This document shows, in pieces, positions 51,568-62,204 of a stretch of 64,000 nucleotides of DNA. Origin of the DNA: Bythopirellula sp. (lineage in GTDB: Bacteria; Planctomycetota; Planctomycetia; Pirellulales; Lacipirellulaceae); NCBI GenBank assembly GCA_965216565.1, contig OZ244170.1, positions 320,001 to 384,000 on the forward strand. Reading direction: 5' to 3'. Both the position numbers and the translations under genes were made by a program. Every line of letters begins with the position of its first letter. The first letter of the stretch is position 1. The notes under the pieces are model-generated. The model saw only the letters and a list, made by a program, of their open reading frames with translations. It searched no databases and had not been told where the DNA came from.

Positions 51568-52971
51568 ATGCCAACGCCTTTGTCTCCTACCAAGCTCTTG
51601 AATTGTGGTGGTTGTGGAGCCGTTTTGCCGTTAGGCAACGCCAAGGCTGGGCAGAAGTGCCGTTGCGGTCGGTGCGGGAAGGTGATGGTCGTTCCTGGGG
51701 GGAAGGGAAAACGATCCAAGCCGAAGAATCAGGCTCAGCCCCTGGGGTTCAACTGCCTGCTATGCAGCACACGTTTGACTGTAACAACAGCCGACGTCGG
51801 ACGAAAAGCCCGTTGCCCCGATTGTGGAAGGATCAATGTGGTCCCTCAACCTCCGCAGCCAAAGCCCAAACAAACTCCTGCCGCGATGCATGGAGAGCAA
51901 TACGAGATGTGGGATGCCGGAGAAGCACCTGACAATGCTGAATTACTCGCCAAGCAACCAAAGTTCTTTCCCGTTTACTGCCAGGTGTGCAATACGTTGA
52001 TGCATGCTCAGCCAAATCAAGTGGGCTCGCAACTGACGTGCCCAGACTGCGGCGGAAGCACTCGAGTTCGCCAGCCACCGGTTGAGAAAGAAAAGGGATC
52101 GGCGCTGGTGCAGGACGGTGAGGAGTATCAGCTCGACGAGTCTGAGCAACTTCCCGAACGACCCGACTATGTGCCGTACCAAATTCGGCAGATGGAAGAG
52201 CGAAATGAGTACGAGGCCAAGCTCGAAGAACGTCCCTACGAAGACAATGCCTTGCCTCCGAACCCATTAATCGAGGGTGTTTGGTCAATGCTGGGACGCA
52301 CGCCTTTGCCTGCCTCGATCTTTGCGTTTTCGTTTGCATTGCTCCTGGAGGCTTGGTTTCTATCCAATGCCATGGCAAATGTCGACGGCATGGCGTTGAT
52401 GATCGTACTAGTTGCCTACGGCACAACGGCGGTGTTCGGATTCTTGATTTTGCTGGGTGTCTCGGCGATGTGGCTGGCGGTACTGAAAGAAAGTTCCGAG
52501 GGTAACAACAAGCTCTATGATCCGCCCGGGATGATGTTTCTCGATTGGGTAGGCGAGAGTTTCTATGTGGTGTTTGCTACGGCAATCGCCATTGCACCGG
52601 GGATGCTCGTCTGGCGGTTCGTGCCGAACCTACCCGAATGGGCCGGTCCCGCGGCGGCCCTTGTAAGTTGGATGGCGTTGTTTCCGATATTTCTACTCTC
52701 TCAACTACAGAACGGGACGCCACTGGAGTTCTTCTCGCCGCGGTTGGGGAGTTCGATTGGGAAATGCCCCGGCCCCTGGCTGCTGTTCTACGCGGAGTCG
52801 GTCTTGGTGGTCGGCGGTTGCGTCGGTGCGGTGATCGGTTTGCAAATGACGTCTCCCTGGTTAGTCGTCGTTTCTGTGTTGCTTGTCTCTTTGGCCAGCT
52901 TTCTCTATTTCCGGCTCCTGGGCCGACTAGCTTGGTGGCTGGCGGAACGCACGCCCGCTGAGGATGAGTGA
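51568..52971 (+). CDS. Membrane protein with three N-terminal zinc-ribbon repeats
   Basis: CGGC..CGRC, CLLC..CPDC and CQVC..CPDC followed by about 6 TM helices. Confidence 0.78.
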   Translation: MPTPLSPTKLLNCGGCGAVLPLGNAKAGQKCRCGRCGKVMVVPGGKGKRSKPKNQAQPLGFNCLLCSTRLTVTTADVGRKARCPDCGRINVVPQPPQPKPKQTPAAMHGEQYEMWDAGEAPDNAELLAKQPKFFPVYCQVCNTLMHAQPNQVGSQLTCPDCGGSTRVRQPPVEKEKGSALVQDGEEYQLDESEQLPERPDYVPYQIRQMEERNEYEAKLEERPYEDNALPPNPLIEGVWSMLGRTPLPASIFAFSFALLLEAWFLSNAMANVDGMALMIVLVAYGTTAVFGFLILLGVSAMWLAVLKESSEGNNKLYDPPGMMFLDWVGESFYVVFATAIAIAPGMLVWRFVPNLPEWAGPAAALVSWMALFPIFLLSQLQNGTPLEFFSPRLGSSIGKCPGPWLLFYAESVLVVGGCVGAVIGLQMTSPWLVVVSVLLVSLASFLYFRLLGRLAWWLAERTPAEDE

Positions 52972-53007
52972 GATCTCCAGCGGCAAGGTGCTAGCGGTCT
53001 ATTGGCC

Positions 53008-53036
53008 TAGCCGGAGGCACACCTGCCTCCGGCTAC
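53008..53036. repeat. Perfect 12-bp hairpin, GTAG-type REP-like (or terminator)
   Basis: TAGCCGGAGGCA-CACC-TGCCTCCGGCTA followed by C (reads GTAG... on the - strand). Confidence 0.6.
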
Positions 53037-53059
53037 TGAGCGTGCTGCCAGCATGGGGA

Positions 53060-53156
53060 GAATTCAGGAAGAATCACTTCCGTTTTTTCTTATCTCCTCA
53101 CCTAGCCTCTCCCCAAAGGGGCGAGGGACCGAGGAGAAGTGATTCCTCCTGAATTC
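53060..53156. repeat. ~100-bp structured repeat, copy 2
   Basis: GAATTCAGGAAGAATCACTTC (53060-53080) / GAAGTGATTCCTCCTGAATTC (53136-53156), 20/21 paired; core CCTCACCTAGCCTCTCCCCAAAGGGGCGAGGGA. Confidence 0.85.
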
Positions 53157-53251
53157 GTTCGCAACCCGAAATGCACTAGGAACTCTGAGTAGATTTCGCT
53201 AAAAGAGCCGCCGTAACTTATGCCCGAAGCGCATCCATCGGAGGCCTCGAC

Positions 53252-53587
53252 GTGTTCTTACGATTCAATTCCAAAGGAGCCAGGCGTGCCGACGACGGGA
53301 AGTTTCATCGCCGTGCAAAATTTGGGGCCGAGGCAAGCCCCGGCGGTAAGCATCGCGAATGGACCTACAATCTAATCAGCCATCAGATCGGCACGAGCGT
53401 CAGTCGCACGATCTATCACGCCGAGATAAGAGACCCCCACAACAATCAACTCGCATTCCTGCGGGATTTTTCTAGCTTGGATCAGGCTGCCAAAGCGGCC
53501 CGGGCGTGGATCGATGAGCGGCTCAATCTGGTCGCTAAGCTGCGTGCTGCAGGTTCAGTAGGCCAAGTTCCGCCGCCACCTTCTTAG
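53252..53587 (+). CDS. Small hypothetical protein
   Basis: 111-aa ORF with GGAGG upstream of the GTG; fills the gap before the convergent purQ. Confidence 0.6.
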   Translation: MFLRFNSKGARRADDGKFHRRAKFGAEASPGGKHREWTYNLISHQIGTSVSRTIYHAEIRDPHNNQLAFLRDFSSLDQAAKAARAWIDERLNLVAKLRAAGSVGQVPPPPS

Positions 53588-53602
53588 CCGTAGTAGCCGG
53601 CA

Positions 53603-54367
53603 TCAGGTAAAGTAACTCACCGCGTTGCGGAACATTTGCAGCCCGTCGGGCTCAGGCATTTCTTGCTGCCGAGTCCACTGCGGATGGTGCGTGGGATCGA
53701 TGTAACGCTCAGGATGGGGCATCAGCCCCAACACATGGCCGGAGCTATCGCACATGCCTGCCACATCTGCGGCAGAGCCGTTGGGATTGTGAGGCTCACT
53801 CGAATTTGCGCCTGGAGCATATTGGAGCACCAGTTGCTTGTTTGATTGGAATCGATCGAGAACTGCGTCGTCGCGAAACACAATCCGCCCCTCAGCATGG
53901 GCGATCGGAAGGAACATCGATTCGATGCCTTGCAGAAAGGGGCACTTCGAACTCTGCACTTGCAAGTGAACCCAGCGATCGATGTAACAGCCCGACTCGT
54001 TCCAGCACAGCGAAACGGCGGGACCTGTTTCGTCATCGGAGTCCAAAAGGCCAGACTTCATCAGCACCTGAAACCCATTGCAGATTCCTAGGATCAGCTT
54101 GCCCGCAGCGCGGAACTCTTGGAGCACCTCTGCCAGATGGTGACGGATTTGATTGCCGAATACCCGCCCAGCTGAGATATCGTCGCCGTAGCTGAAACCA
54201 CCAGGAATGCACAGAACTTGGAATTCGGCGGCTTGCTGCGGATTCTCAAGCAGACTGTTCAAGTGCAAGACTTCCGACTGCCCGCCTACTTTTTGGAAGG
54301 CAAAAGCCGTTTCAGCATCGCAATTGGTACCGGGCGCTCGGAGGATGAGAATACGGGGCTGGGCCAT
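53603..54367 (-). CDS. purQ: Phosphoribosylformylglycinamidine synthase glutaminase subunit
   Basis: PGTNCD, PGGFSYGD, GICNGFQ, AHAEG, NPNGS, MPHPER. Confidence 0.96.
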   Translation of the reverse strand: MAQPRILILRAPGTNCDAETAFAFQKVGGQSEVLHLNSLLENPQQAAEFQVLCIPGGFSYGDDISAGRVFGNQIRHHLAEVLQEFRAAGKLILGICNGFQVLMKSGLLDSDDETGPAVSLCWNESGCYIDRWVHLQVQSSKCPFLQGIESMFLPIAHAEGRIVFRDDAVLDRFQSNKQLVLQYAPGANSSEPHNPNGSAADVAGMCDSSGHVLGLMPHPERYIDPTHHPQWTRQQEMPEPDGLQMFRNAVSYFT

Positions 54368-54417
54368 AGTGAATTTGGTCTTTGAGGCTTATTGGGTATT
54401 TTTGCCGAGGAGGGGGG

Positions 54418-57339
54418 TTACCAATCGAGAGGCTTTTGCCAGTGCTCTTTTAACTCGCGAAGCTCGCGTTCTACCAACGGCTTTTCATCGGATTGATTTC
54501 GAATAACCAGTTTGGAACTGCCAGTAGTTTGACCGATGCGATGGCAAGTGAGGTTGGCGAACTTCTCGGCAAATGATTCGCAATGTTCAGGAGGAACTTC
54601 GCAGAGAAACCTTGTATTGGATTCGCTGAACAATTTAGCGGTTACGGAGACCGATTCCATAACCGAAAGTTCCAGCTCGGCTCCGACATCCCCGGCGAAG
54701 GCCATTTCGGCGGCTGCGACGGCAAGCCCCCCCTCGCTAAGGTCATGGCAAGCACGGACCAGCCCACCAGAGATGGCTGCATGCATTGCCGCAAAGATTT
54801 GTTTGGCGGTTTGTCCGTCGACGGTAGGAACTTGCCCTCCCTGCAGATTATTGACGAGAGCAAAGTGTGACCCGCCAAGCTCGTCCTTGGTTTCCCCAAT
54901 GAGGAATAGGACGTTACCTGGCGATTTAAGATCCATTGTCACACAGCGACTTACGTCTTCAACCTGGCCCATCGCACTAATCAGCAACGTGGCGGGGATG
55001 GCTATGGTTTGCTTTTGATCAGCCGAGTCGACATAGGTGAATTCGTTATTGAGGCTGTCTTTGCCACTGATGAACGGTGTTTCGAGCGTCAGCGAAAGAT
55101 CGTGGCAAGCCAGGGCAGCCCGTACCAGCGATCCTAGAGTCTCGCTTTTCTCGCAGTCTCCCCAGCAGAAGTTGTCCAGGATCGCAATTCTCGCAGGGTC
55201 TCCGCCAACCGCCACACAGTTGCGGACCGCCTCATCGATGGCACTGGTAGCCATGTGGTACGTGTCGATGTCGCCGTAGTGCGGGTTCATGCCGCAAGAA
55301 ATCACAACTCCCCGCCGCGAATCGAGCACAGGACGAATGACCGCCGCATCGCCTGGACCATCCATCAGAGCTCCCACCAGAGGCTTGATGACGCTTCCCC
55401 CCTGTACCTCGTGATCGTATTGCCGAACTATCCAATGCTTGCTCGCGACGTTGTAGGATCCAAGAATGCGGTTTAGATCGTCGCTATAATCGGAACGCTT
55501 TGGTTCTGGCTGAGTTGTATTGGGTTGGGGTTCGTAAATTGCCTCGCGGATCACCGGGGGTCGACCGTTGTGGAGCAAATCCATGGAGAGGTCCGCCACC
55601 GTCTCGCCATCGTACTTGAGCACAAGCCTGCCAGTGGGCTCGAATTTACCGATGACTGTGGCCTCTACACTTTCTTGTTGGCAAAGGGCAAAGACTTCCT
55701 CCCACGAATCGCTCGGAACACTTAGCACCATGCGCTCTTGGGCTTCGGATATCCAGATTTCCGTGTAAGTGAGTCCCTCGTACTTCACTGGAGCCCGTTC
55801 GAGCCAGACTTCCGCTCCGATCTTCTCACCCATTTCGCCGACGGCGCTGCTGAATCCGCCTGCTCCGCAATCGGTAATCGCTGTGTATAGTCCGCGATCG
55901 CGTATCTTAAGCAGAACGTCCAGGACCTTCTTCTCTTCGATGGCGTTGCCGATTTGAACGGCACCGCCAGAAAGCGATTCGCTCTCACTGGTAAGTTCCG
56001 CACTAGAGAATGTCGCCCCGTGGATTCCATCGCGACCGGTGCGGCCTCCCACGCTCACAATCAGATCGCCCGGTTGTGGCTCTTTGAAAGATTTGTCATG
56101 GGGAATCAGACCGACATTGCCGGCATAAACTAATGGATTCCCCAAGTAACGAGGATCGAAGTAGACCGCACCATTGACGGTAGGAATGCCCATGCGATTG
56201 CCATAATCGCGGACGCCGCTGACAACACCTCGCATCACTTGCTTGGGGGGCAGCACACCCTGAGGCAAGTTTTCGCTGGGTGTATCGGGTGGGGCAAAGC
56301 AAAACACGTCGGTGTTGCAAATCGGTTTGGCACCCATTCCGGTGCCAATAGTGTCGCGGATCACTCCACCGATGCCGGTGTTGGCACCGCCATAGGGTTC
56401 GAGGGCAGAGGGGTGATTGTGCGTTTCGACTTTGAACGCGAGGTTTTGGGTTTCGTCAAAACGAACGATGCCTGCGTTGTCTTGAAACACGCTCACGCAC
56501 CAATCGTCTGCTCCCCACCTCTTACGCAGCTCAACTGTGGCGGCGAAGATTGTCTCTTTCAGCATGTTTTCGAATTGGCGCTCGCCTTGCTCGTCGCGAT
56601 AGGCAATCCGACCGGCAAGAGTCTTGTGGCTGCAATGTTCGCTCCAAGTTTGTGCCAGTGTTTCCAATTCGATATCGGTAGGTTCGCGGCCAAGGTCGGC
56701 AAAGTACTGCTGGATTGTCTGCATTTCAGCCAATTGCAAATAAAGCTGGCCCTCGCGGCTCAGCTGCATCAGCCCTTTGTCATCGAGCCCTGCGATCGGC
56801 GTGTGACGCAAGTCGAACTGATATTCGCTACCAAGCTGCAAGCGATCGAAGGGCAGGGGGCCCAGGGCAATCTGCTCGATTGCATCATTAGCCAAGATGC
56901 GGCTGCAAACGGCTCGCAATTTTTTTTCGTCTGTAGTACCGATCCAATACTTACGCAGTGTTCGCACGGCATCCACTTCGAATCCGAAGTCTCGAACGGC
57001 GGCTTCGGCACTTTGGGCAACGGGGTCCATGACACCCGGTTTTAATAGGACATGCACTAATGCCCCGGCCGATCCGTTGGATGCAAACGGGGGAGAGTCC
57101 AATTTGGAGTCGCCCACCGGAGCGGTGACGGCCTGCTCCGCCAAGGTATCGGTAAAGAGTTCACTGGCGAGCCTCTCAAATTGCGGTGAGTCGAGGCTAG
57201 CTCCTTGCACAAGAAAGCCTCGCGCCGAGGCAACTTTCAAATCGTTGTCGATCCCCAAATCACGGGCATCAGCTGCTACCTGCAAGGCTTCGCGATCGGG
57301 CAGTCCGTTGCGGGGGTGAAGATCAATTTCCCAAAGCAT
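54418..57339 (-). CDS. purL: Phosphoribosylformylglycinamidine synthase subunit PurL with N-terminal PurS-like extension
   Basis: QTWSEHCSHK, KVETHNHPS, GRDGIHGATFSS, SEAQERM, SGKDSLNN, HDLSEGG; N-terminal KPGVMDP. Confidence 0.95.
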   Translation of the reverse strand: MLWEIDLHPRNGLPDREALQVAADARDLGIDNDLKVASARGFLVQGASLDSPQFERLASELFTDTLAEQAVTAPVGDSKLDSPPFASNGSAGALVHVLLKPGVMDPVAQSAEAAVRDFGFEVDAVRTLRKYWIGTTDEKKLRAVCSRILANDAIEQIALGPLPFDRLQLGSEYQFDLRHTPIAGLDDKGLMQLSREGQLYLQLAEMQTIQQYFADLGREPTDIELETLAQTWSEHCSHKTLAGRIAYRDEQGERQFENMLKETIFAATVELRKRWGADDWCVSVFQDNAGIVRFDETQNLAFKVETHNHPSALEPYGGANTGIGGVIRDTIGTGMGAKPICNTDVFCFAPPDTPSENLPQGVLPPKQVMRGVVSGVRDYGNRMGIPTVNGAVYFDPRYLGNPLVYAGNVGLIPHDKSFKEPQPGDLIVSVGGRTGRDGIHGATFSSAELTSESESLSGGAVQIGNAIEEKKVLDVLLKIRDRGLYTAITDCGAGGFSSAVGEMGEKIGAEVWLERAPVKYEGLTYTEIWISEAQERMVLSVPSDSWEEVFALCQQESVEATVIGKFEPTGRLVLKYDGETVADLSMDLLHNGRPPVIREAIYEPQPNTTQPEPKRSDYSDDLNRILGSYNVASKHWIVRQYDHEVQGGSVIKPLVGALMDGPGDAAVIRPVLDSRRGVVISCGMNPHYGDIDTYHMATSAIDEAVRNCVAVGGDPARIAILDNFCWGDCEKSETLGSLVRAALACHDLSLTLETPFISGKDSLNNEFTYVDSADQKQTIAIPATLLISAMGQVEDVSRCVTMDLKSPGNVLFLIGETKDELGGSHFALVNNLQGGQVPTVDGQTAKQIFAAMHAAISGGLVRACHDLSEGGLAVAAAEMAFAGDVGAELELSVMESVSVTAKLFSESNTRFLCEVPPEHCESFAEKFANLTCHRIGQTTGSSKLVIRNQSDEKPLVERELRELKEHWQKPLDW

Positions 57340-58171
57340 CTCGAATCCGTTTCGCGTTGTGGAGTGTCGCTTGCAATTTATCCCAATCCTCTTCCTCTAA
57401 ATTTGAGGTGAGCTTTTCCAGTTCGGCGGTTACCTGGCGGATGGCCTCGAGAACGGCGGACTTATTTTGGGCGAAAATCTGAGTCCATAATTCGGGGTCA
57501 GCGGCTGCTACCCGCGTCGTATCTTGCCAACCACCGGCAGTCAGGGGCAGCCACTCTTGGGGGGTAATGCTTGCCAAAGCCGAAGCCACCATATGAGGCA
57601 GATGGCTGGTTGTTGCCAGCGCTCGGTCGTGCTCTGCAGCTTTCATGTTGACGACCCGCGCCCCCAAATTTTGCCAGAAGGATTCCACTTTGGCGATGGC
57701 CTCTGGCGACGAACTCTCGAGGGGAGTCGTCACAACCGTCCGATCCTCAAAAAGATTCGCCAGGGCGAACTCTGGGCCCGTCCGATGGTCTCCCGCTAGG
57801 GGGTGGCTCCCGACGAACCGTGCAGAAGCGGAGTCGAGACTGTTGGAGAGGACACTAGATATTTCTGCCTTGGTGCTGCCCGCATCAGTCACAACAGCGG
57901 ATTGGGGGGCTGCGGCAAGGGCCCTGCGAGCAAATTCTGCAATCGTCGAGACCGGCGAAGCGATGACCACCACCTCGGCAGATTCAACGCCCGCTTCAAG
58001 ATCAATCGAATCCATATCAATGGCGCCAACAGCTAGCGCCTTGTCCAAGCTTTCCTGTCGTCGACCTATGCCGACAACCTGTCGCGCCAGTCCGCGCTCT
58101 TTTAAGGCTAGGCCGATCGAACCTCCGATCAACCCCACTCCAACTATCGCAACTTGCTCGTAGTGACTCAT
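57323..58171 (-). CDS. tyrA: Prephenate/arogenate dehydrogenase
   Basis: GVGLIGGS, DAGSTK, GSHPLAG, HDRALATTSHLPH, DTTRVA. Confidence 0.9.
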   Translation of the reverse strand: MSHYEQVAIVGVGLIGGSIGLALKERGLARQVVGIGRRQESLDKALAVGAIDMDSIDLEAGVESAEVVVIASPVSTIAEFARRALAAAPQSAVVTDAGSTKAEISSVLSNSLDSASARFVGSHPLAGDHRTGPEFALANLFEDRTVVTTPLESSSPEAIAKVESFWQNLGARVVNMKAAEHDRALATTSHLPHMVASALASITPQEWLPLTAGGWQDTTRVAAADPELWTQIFAQNKSAVLEAIRQVTAELEKLTSNLEEEDWDKLQATLHNAKRIRDALGN

Positions 58172-58558
58172 TGGGATGGGGCTCTAGATGGGGAGAAAGT
58201 GCGAGGATGGCCGGTTTCGAACCCGCATTCTAGCAAACGTGCTGCAAAAATCAGGGCCCTAGATCGATAGGGTGTGGATCGGGAATTTGGGCCTCGCAGA
58301 TGCAAAATCGCTATAGCCGTCAAACTGCGCCGAGGTCGCGCAGCTTTGTCGAACGGAAATGGCCTTTCCAGATATCGGTCAAAAGAGTGAAAATGGGTAT
58401 CTCGGCGATTGATCGATGAACAAACTACGCTCTATTGCAGTAGAATACCGCATACCACTTGCAGTTGTGTGCTAGATTGAAATCGAAGGCACACCGTGTT
58501 TTCAAAAAGCGAAGGGATTTGCGCAAACATGCCATTTTGTGATCGAGAGCTAACTCCC

Positions 58559-59650
58559 ATGTTGCGCTTTACAGGATTCCTACTATTCTTTCTCAGCCTT
58601 GTGGCTTCTCCGGCAGCGGCTCAAGAGTGGGCCGAGCGAATGTTTAACAAAGTCGAACACGACTTTGGCACTGTGGCCCGTGGTGCAAACACCGTCTACA
58701 AGTTCGAAGTCACGAACATCTACAAACAGACGATGAAAATCACGGGAGTCACTTCCAGTTGTGGCTGCACGACTCCGACCATTGAGAATGCCACTATCGG
58801 TACGCACAAGAAGGCGTTTATCGTTGCCAAATTCAATACTCGTACTTTTGTCGGACGTCACGGGGCGACGCTGACGGTATCATTTGCACCGCCGTTCTCG
58901 GCTAAAGTTCAAGTTCGCGTTCACGGCAACATTCGCAGCGACGTTGTGTTTTCGCCTGGCTCAGTGAACTTTGGAACCGTTGATGAGGGGGTAGCGAAAG
59001 AGCAGAAAGTGCAGGTCACCTATGCGGGCCGCAGTAACTGGAGCATCACCGATGTCACGAACGATAATGACCATTTTGAAGTGGAACTGAACGAGCTGAC
59101 TCGGCAGTCCGGAAAAGTAACTTACGATTTGCTAGTGCGGCTCAAGGACAATATTCCTGCTGGTTACATCAAAGACGAACTCACGGTAGTGACGAACGAT
59201 CAAAGAGCCGAAAGTCAGCGGATCCCACTCTATGTCGAAGGACACATCATTCCAGAGATCTCCGTCACGCCTGAGACCTTGGTTCTTGGAGATGTGCTGA
59301 CGGGTGAGACCGTCACTCGCAAAATTGTAGTGCGTGGGAAAAAGCCGTTCCGCATCCTCGATGTTTCTTGTGAGGACGATTGCTTTACCTTCAAGTCATC
59401 TGGGGAACAAAAGCAGATCCACTTGGTCGAACTCATTTATCTGCCGAAAGATTACTCGGGTGCGATCAAAGCACCGGTTACGATCACCACGGATGTGAGC
59501 AATCGCCCAGCGACTATCAACGTCTCTGCTAGCGTTACTGACATCCAGGCAGAGGCGTCTGGTGAGCCAGTCGAAGCAGCGAAGGAGAAGGACGATCAGT
59601 CGCGAGATACAGAGTCAGCAGACCAAGTAGTCGAATCTGCTAGCAGCTAA
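58559..59650 (+). CDS. DUF1573 domain exported protein
   Basis: Signal peptide, HDFGTVARG, SSCGCT, Ig-like repeats. Confidence 0.85.
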   Translation: MLRFTGFLLFFLSLVASPAAAQEWAERMFNKVEHDFGTVARGANTVYKFEVTNIYKQTMKITGVTSSCGCTTPTIENATIGTHKKAFIVAKFNTRTFVGRHGATLTVSFAPPFSAKVQVRVHGNIRSDVVFSPGSVNFGTVDEGVAKEQKVQVTYAGRSNWSITDVTNDNDHFEVELNELTRQSGKVTYDLLVRLKDNIPAGYIKDELTVVTNDQRAESQRIPLYVEGHIIPEISVTPETLVLGDVLTGETVTRKIVVRGKKPFRILDVSCEDDCFTFKSSGEQKQIHLVELIYLPKDYSGAIKAPVTITTDVSNRPATINVSASVTDIQAEASGEPVEAAKEKDDQSRDTESADQVVESASS

Positions 59651-59800
59651 GACTCAGTGCATGCTTGAGGGTTGGCCTCTCTGTTGACAACATTCAGGGC
59701 TTTTTGCATACTTCCCGCCCAATTTCCGATCTGCAGCACCTCATTGTGAGCTGCTGGTCGACACTCTTCTACCAACTCCTTTTGCTGCGAAACCAACGGC

Positions 59801-60712
59801 ATGGTCAGAGACCTACGTCTACCGTTCGGCCAAATCTGCGTTGCGCAGACGGTCCGCGTGTTCGCGTTGCTGCTTTGCTTTATTAGCGTTTCCCGAGTTC
59901 AGAGCGAACAGCTAGACTTCGCGAGCGAAGCCGACGCCGCCTTTGCCGAACTCCATTTGGGACAGGGTGATTGTGAGGCGTGCGGGCCCGATGCAGCGGA
60001 CTTTGGCGAGTGGGAAACGATCGTCGAAAGATCACCATCGCACATGCATGTGCCTCAAGAGGAATTGCTCCCCTTCGATTGGTTTCGCCATTTTGGGTTT
60101 CGACATTCTTCCTCTCATGGACGCAACGTTGGCAAAGGCTTGCCGTTGGACAAAACGAGCTGGCTCAATCGACCTATCCACGCGGATTGGTTTATTGGCC
60201 CCTTGTTGGGGGACGACCTGATCACGGATCGTGTGACCCAAACCAATGTGTTGCTGGGAGGGTTCAGATTGGGATTCGATTTCGATCACTATTGGGGAGC
60301 GGAGTGGCGCTTCGGATGGGCCAACCCCAATGCCGACTTTGCGTCGCCCCTAGCCGAGGCCAACGATGTTAGCTACGTGGTGAGCGACGTCGATCTGATG
60401 TACTACCCCTGGGGCGACTCCAAGGTGCGTCCCTACGGGCTTATTGGTTTTGGCGTTACGCAGCTCGATTTCCAAGACGATGTCGGGCTTAACCTGCATA
60501 CAACATTAGCCACCTTGCCTTTCGGCGCGGGAATAAAATTTCAGCACAATCCGTGGATGGCTTGGCGGCTGGAAGCGCTCAACAACCTCGCCTTTGGCGA
60601 CGATCGCGTCTCGACGATGAACAACATTTCTTTGACGGCCGGAGTGGAAATGCGTTTTGGCGCGAAGCCTGCTACTTACTGGCCCTGGCGAACGAGCCGT
60701 AGGGTTTGGTAG
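59801..60712 (+). CDS. Outer-membrane beta-barrel-like protein
   Basis: Signal-like N-terminus; alternating aromatic strands (GFDFDHYWGAEW, VRPYGLIGFG, GAGIKF, LTAGVEMRF). Confidence 0.65.
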   Translation: MVRDLRLPFGQICVAQTVRVFALLLCFISVSRVQSEQLDFASEADAAFAELHLGQGDCEACGPDAADFGEWETIVERSPSHMHVPQEELLPFDWFRHFGFRHSSSHGRNVGKGLPLDKTSWLNRPIHADWFIGPLLGDDLITDRVTQTNVLLGGFRLGFDFDHYWGAEWRFGWANPNADFASPLAEANDVSYVVSDVDLMYYPWGDSKVRPYGLIGFGVTQLDFQDDVGLNLHTTLATLPFGAGIKFQHNPWMAWRLEALNNLAFGDDRVSTMNNISLTAGVEMRFGAKPATYWPWRTSRRVW

Positions 60713-60761
60713 CATAGGCTGAGTATTCGCCTCTCCCAACCAAAGCGCTCGGATTACTCTC

Positions 60762-62204
60762 TTGTCGCTGCCCCAGCCATCGAATCTTCGACTTGCCGTA
60801 TTGGGGGGAGGTATCTCGGGACTTACCGCTGCCTATCGGCTTACAAAGCTTCTCCCCGCAGCGCGGATTGAGTTATTCGAAGCGTCTGATCGCCTGGGTG
60901 GGGTGCTGGAAACCCATCAGCCACCTGGGTTGCTGGTGGAACGCGGTGCAGACAGTTTCCAGAACAAGCTCTGCTGGGGTGTCGAACTCTGTGAAGAACT
61001 GGGGATCGCAGAAGAGTTGATTCACACCAATTCGGAAAATCGTCGGGCATTGATCCTGAAAGGCGACCAACTTCATCCAGTGCCAGAAGGCTTTGTGATT
61101 ATCTGCCCGCACAGCATGTCTTCCATAATGAAAACCCCTTTGCTTTCCTGGCGGGGAAAATTGCGTGTGTTCGCCGAATCCTCAGTACCTGTGCATCCTG
61201 AAATTGATCGTCCAGATTTTGACGAGAGCGTAGCCTCGTTTGCCAAGCGTCGGCTGGGGGCAGAGTGCTTCGAACGTCTTGTGCAGCCCTTGCTCGCCGG
61301 AATTTATACTGCCGACCCAGAAAAACTAAGCATGGCCGCCACCATGCCCAATGCCATTGCTGACGAACGCGTTCATGGTAGCCTGTACCGAGGTGCCAAG
61401 AAAAGATCTGGTGAGGCGAGCCAAACGGCCAGTGGTGCCCGCTATGGCACTTTTCAAACTTTAAGGGGTGGGCTTAGTCGATTAGTGCAAGAGCTTGCGG
61501 AACAAATCGGCGTACAGAATATTCGAATGAATCAAGGCGTCAACAGTCTTCGAAGGCAAACCCTAGACCAATGGGTGCTGGAGACGGATGCTGAGGAAGT
61601 TGGTCCATTCGATGGTGTAGTCGTAGCACTGCCCACTCCGCGAGCAGCAAACATCTTGGAAACTACGGACGAGGCACTAGCAGGGGAGTTGGCACGAATT
61701 CCCTATGCGAGTAGTGCAATCGTGTCGCTTGCCTACCGAACGAACCAGATCTCGAAGCTACCCACTGGATTTGGAATCGTGGTACCATCAGTTGAAAATC
61801 GACCATTTATCGCAGCGAGTTTTTCTAGCGTCAAATTTCCAGGGCGTGCCCCTGACGATCAGCTTCTCGTGAGAGTCTTTCTAGGTGGAGCCACACTACC
61901 AGAGCAAATGAAGCTTTCGGATCTGGAGCTAGAGTCTATCGCCCTTGGTGAGATGAAAAAGCACCTTGGCACAGAAGCGTCACCGCTATGGTCGGATATC
62001 GTGCGCTGGAATGAAAAGATGCCTCAATACCATGTTGGGCATCTGCAATTGGTGGAAAGAATCGAACGTCGAGTTCGCGAGATATCAGGTTTGGAATTAG
62101 CAGGCAATGCTTACCGTGGCGTGGGGATTCCCCAGTGCATCCACAGTGGGGATGAAGCCGCGCATCGATTGGCTGAGACTATCGGAGTGGCTAAAGAGAG
62201 TTAG
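60762..62204 (+). CDS. hemG: Protoporphyrinogen/coproporphyrinogen oxidase (HemY-type)
   Basis: GGGISGL, EASDRLGG, ERGADSF, PLLAGIY, MPQYHVGH, AGNAYRGVGIPQCI. Confidence 0.92.
   Translation: MSLPQPSNLRLAVLGGGISGLTAAYRLTKLLPAARIELFEASDRLGGVLETHQPPGLLVERGADSFQNKLCWGVELCEELGIAEELIHTNSENRRALILKGDQLHPVPEGFVIICPHSMSSIMKTPLLSWRGKLRVFAESSVPVHPEIDRPDFDESVASFAKRRLGAECFERLVQPLLAGIYTADPEKLSMAATMPNAIADERVHGSLYRGAKKRSGEASQTASGARYGTFQTLRGGLSRLVQELAEQIGVQNIRMNQGVNSLRRQTLDQWVLETDAEEVGPFDGVVVALPTPRAANILETTDEALAGELARIPYASSAIVSLAYRTNQISKLPTGFGIVVPSVENRPFIAASFSSVKFPGRAPDDQLLVRVFLGGATLPEQMKLSDLELESIALGEMKKHLGTEASPLWSDIVRWNEKMPQYHVGHLQLVERIERRVREISGLELAGNAYRGVGIPQCIHSGDEAAHRLAETIGVAKES

Noticed and set aside
58205..58240. 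tRNA-like fragment (TTCGAACCCGC...TAGCAAAC)
   Set aside because: No cloverleaf or acceptor stem can be formed; likely chance similarity.
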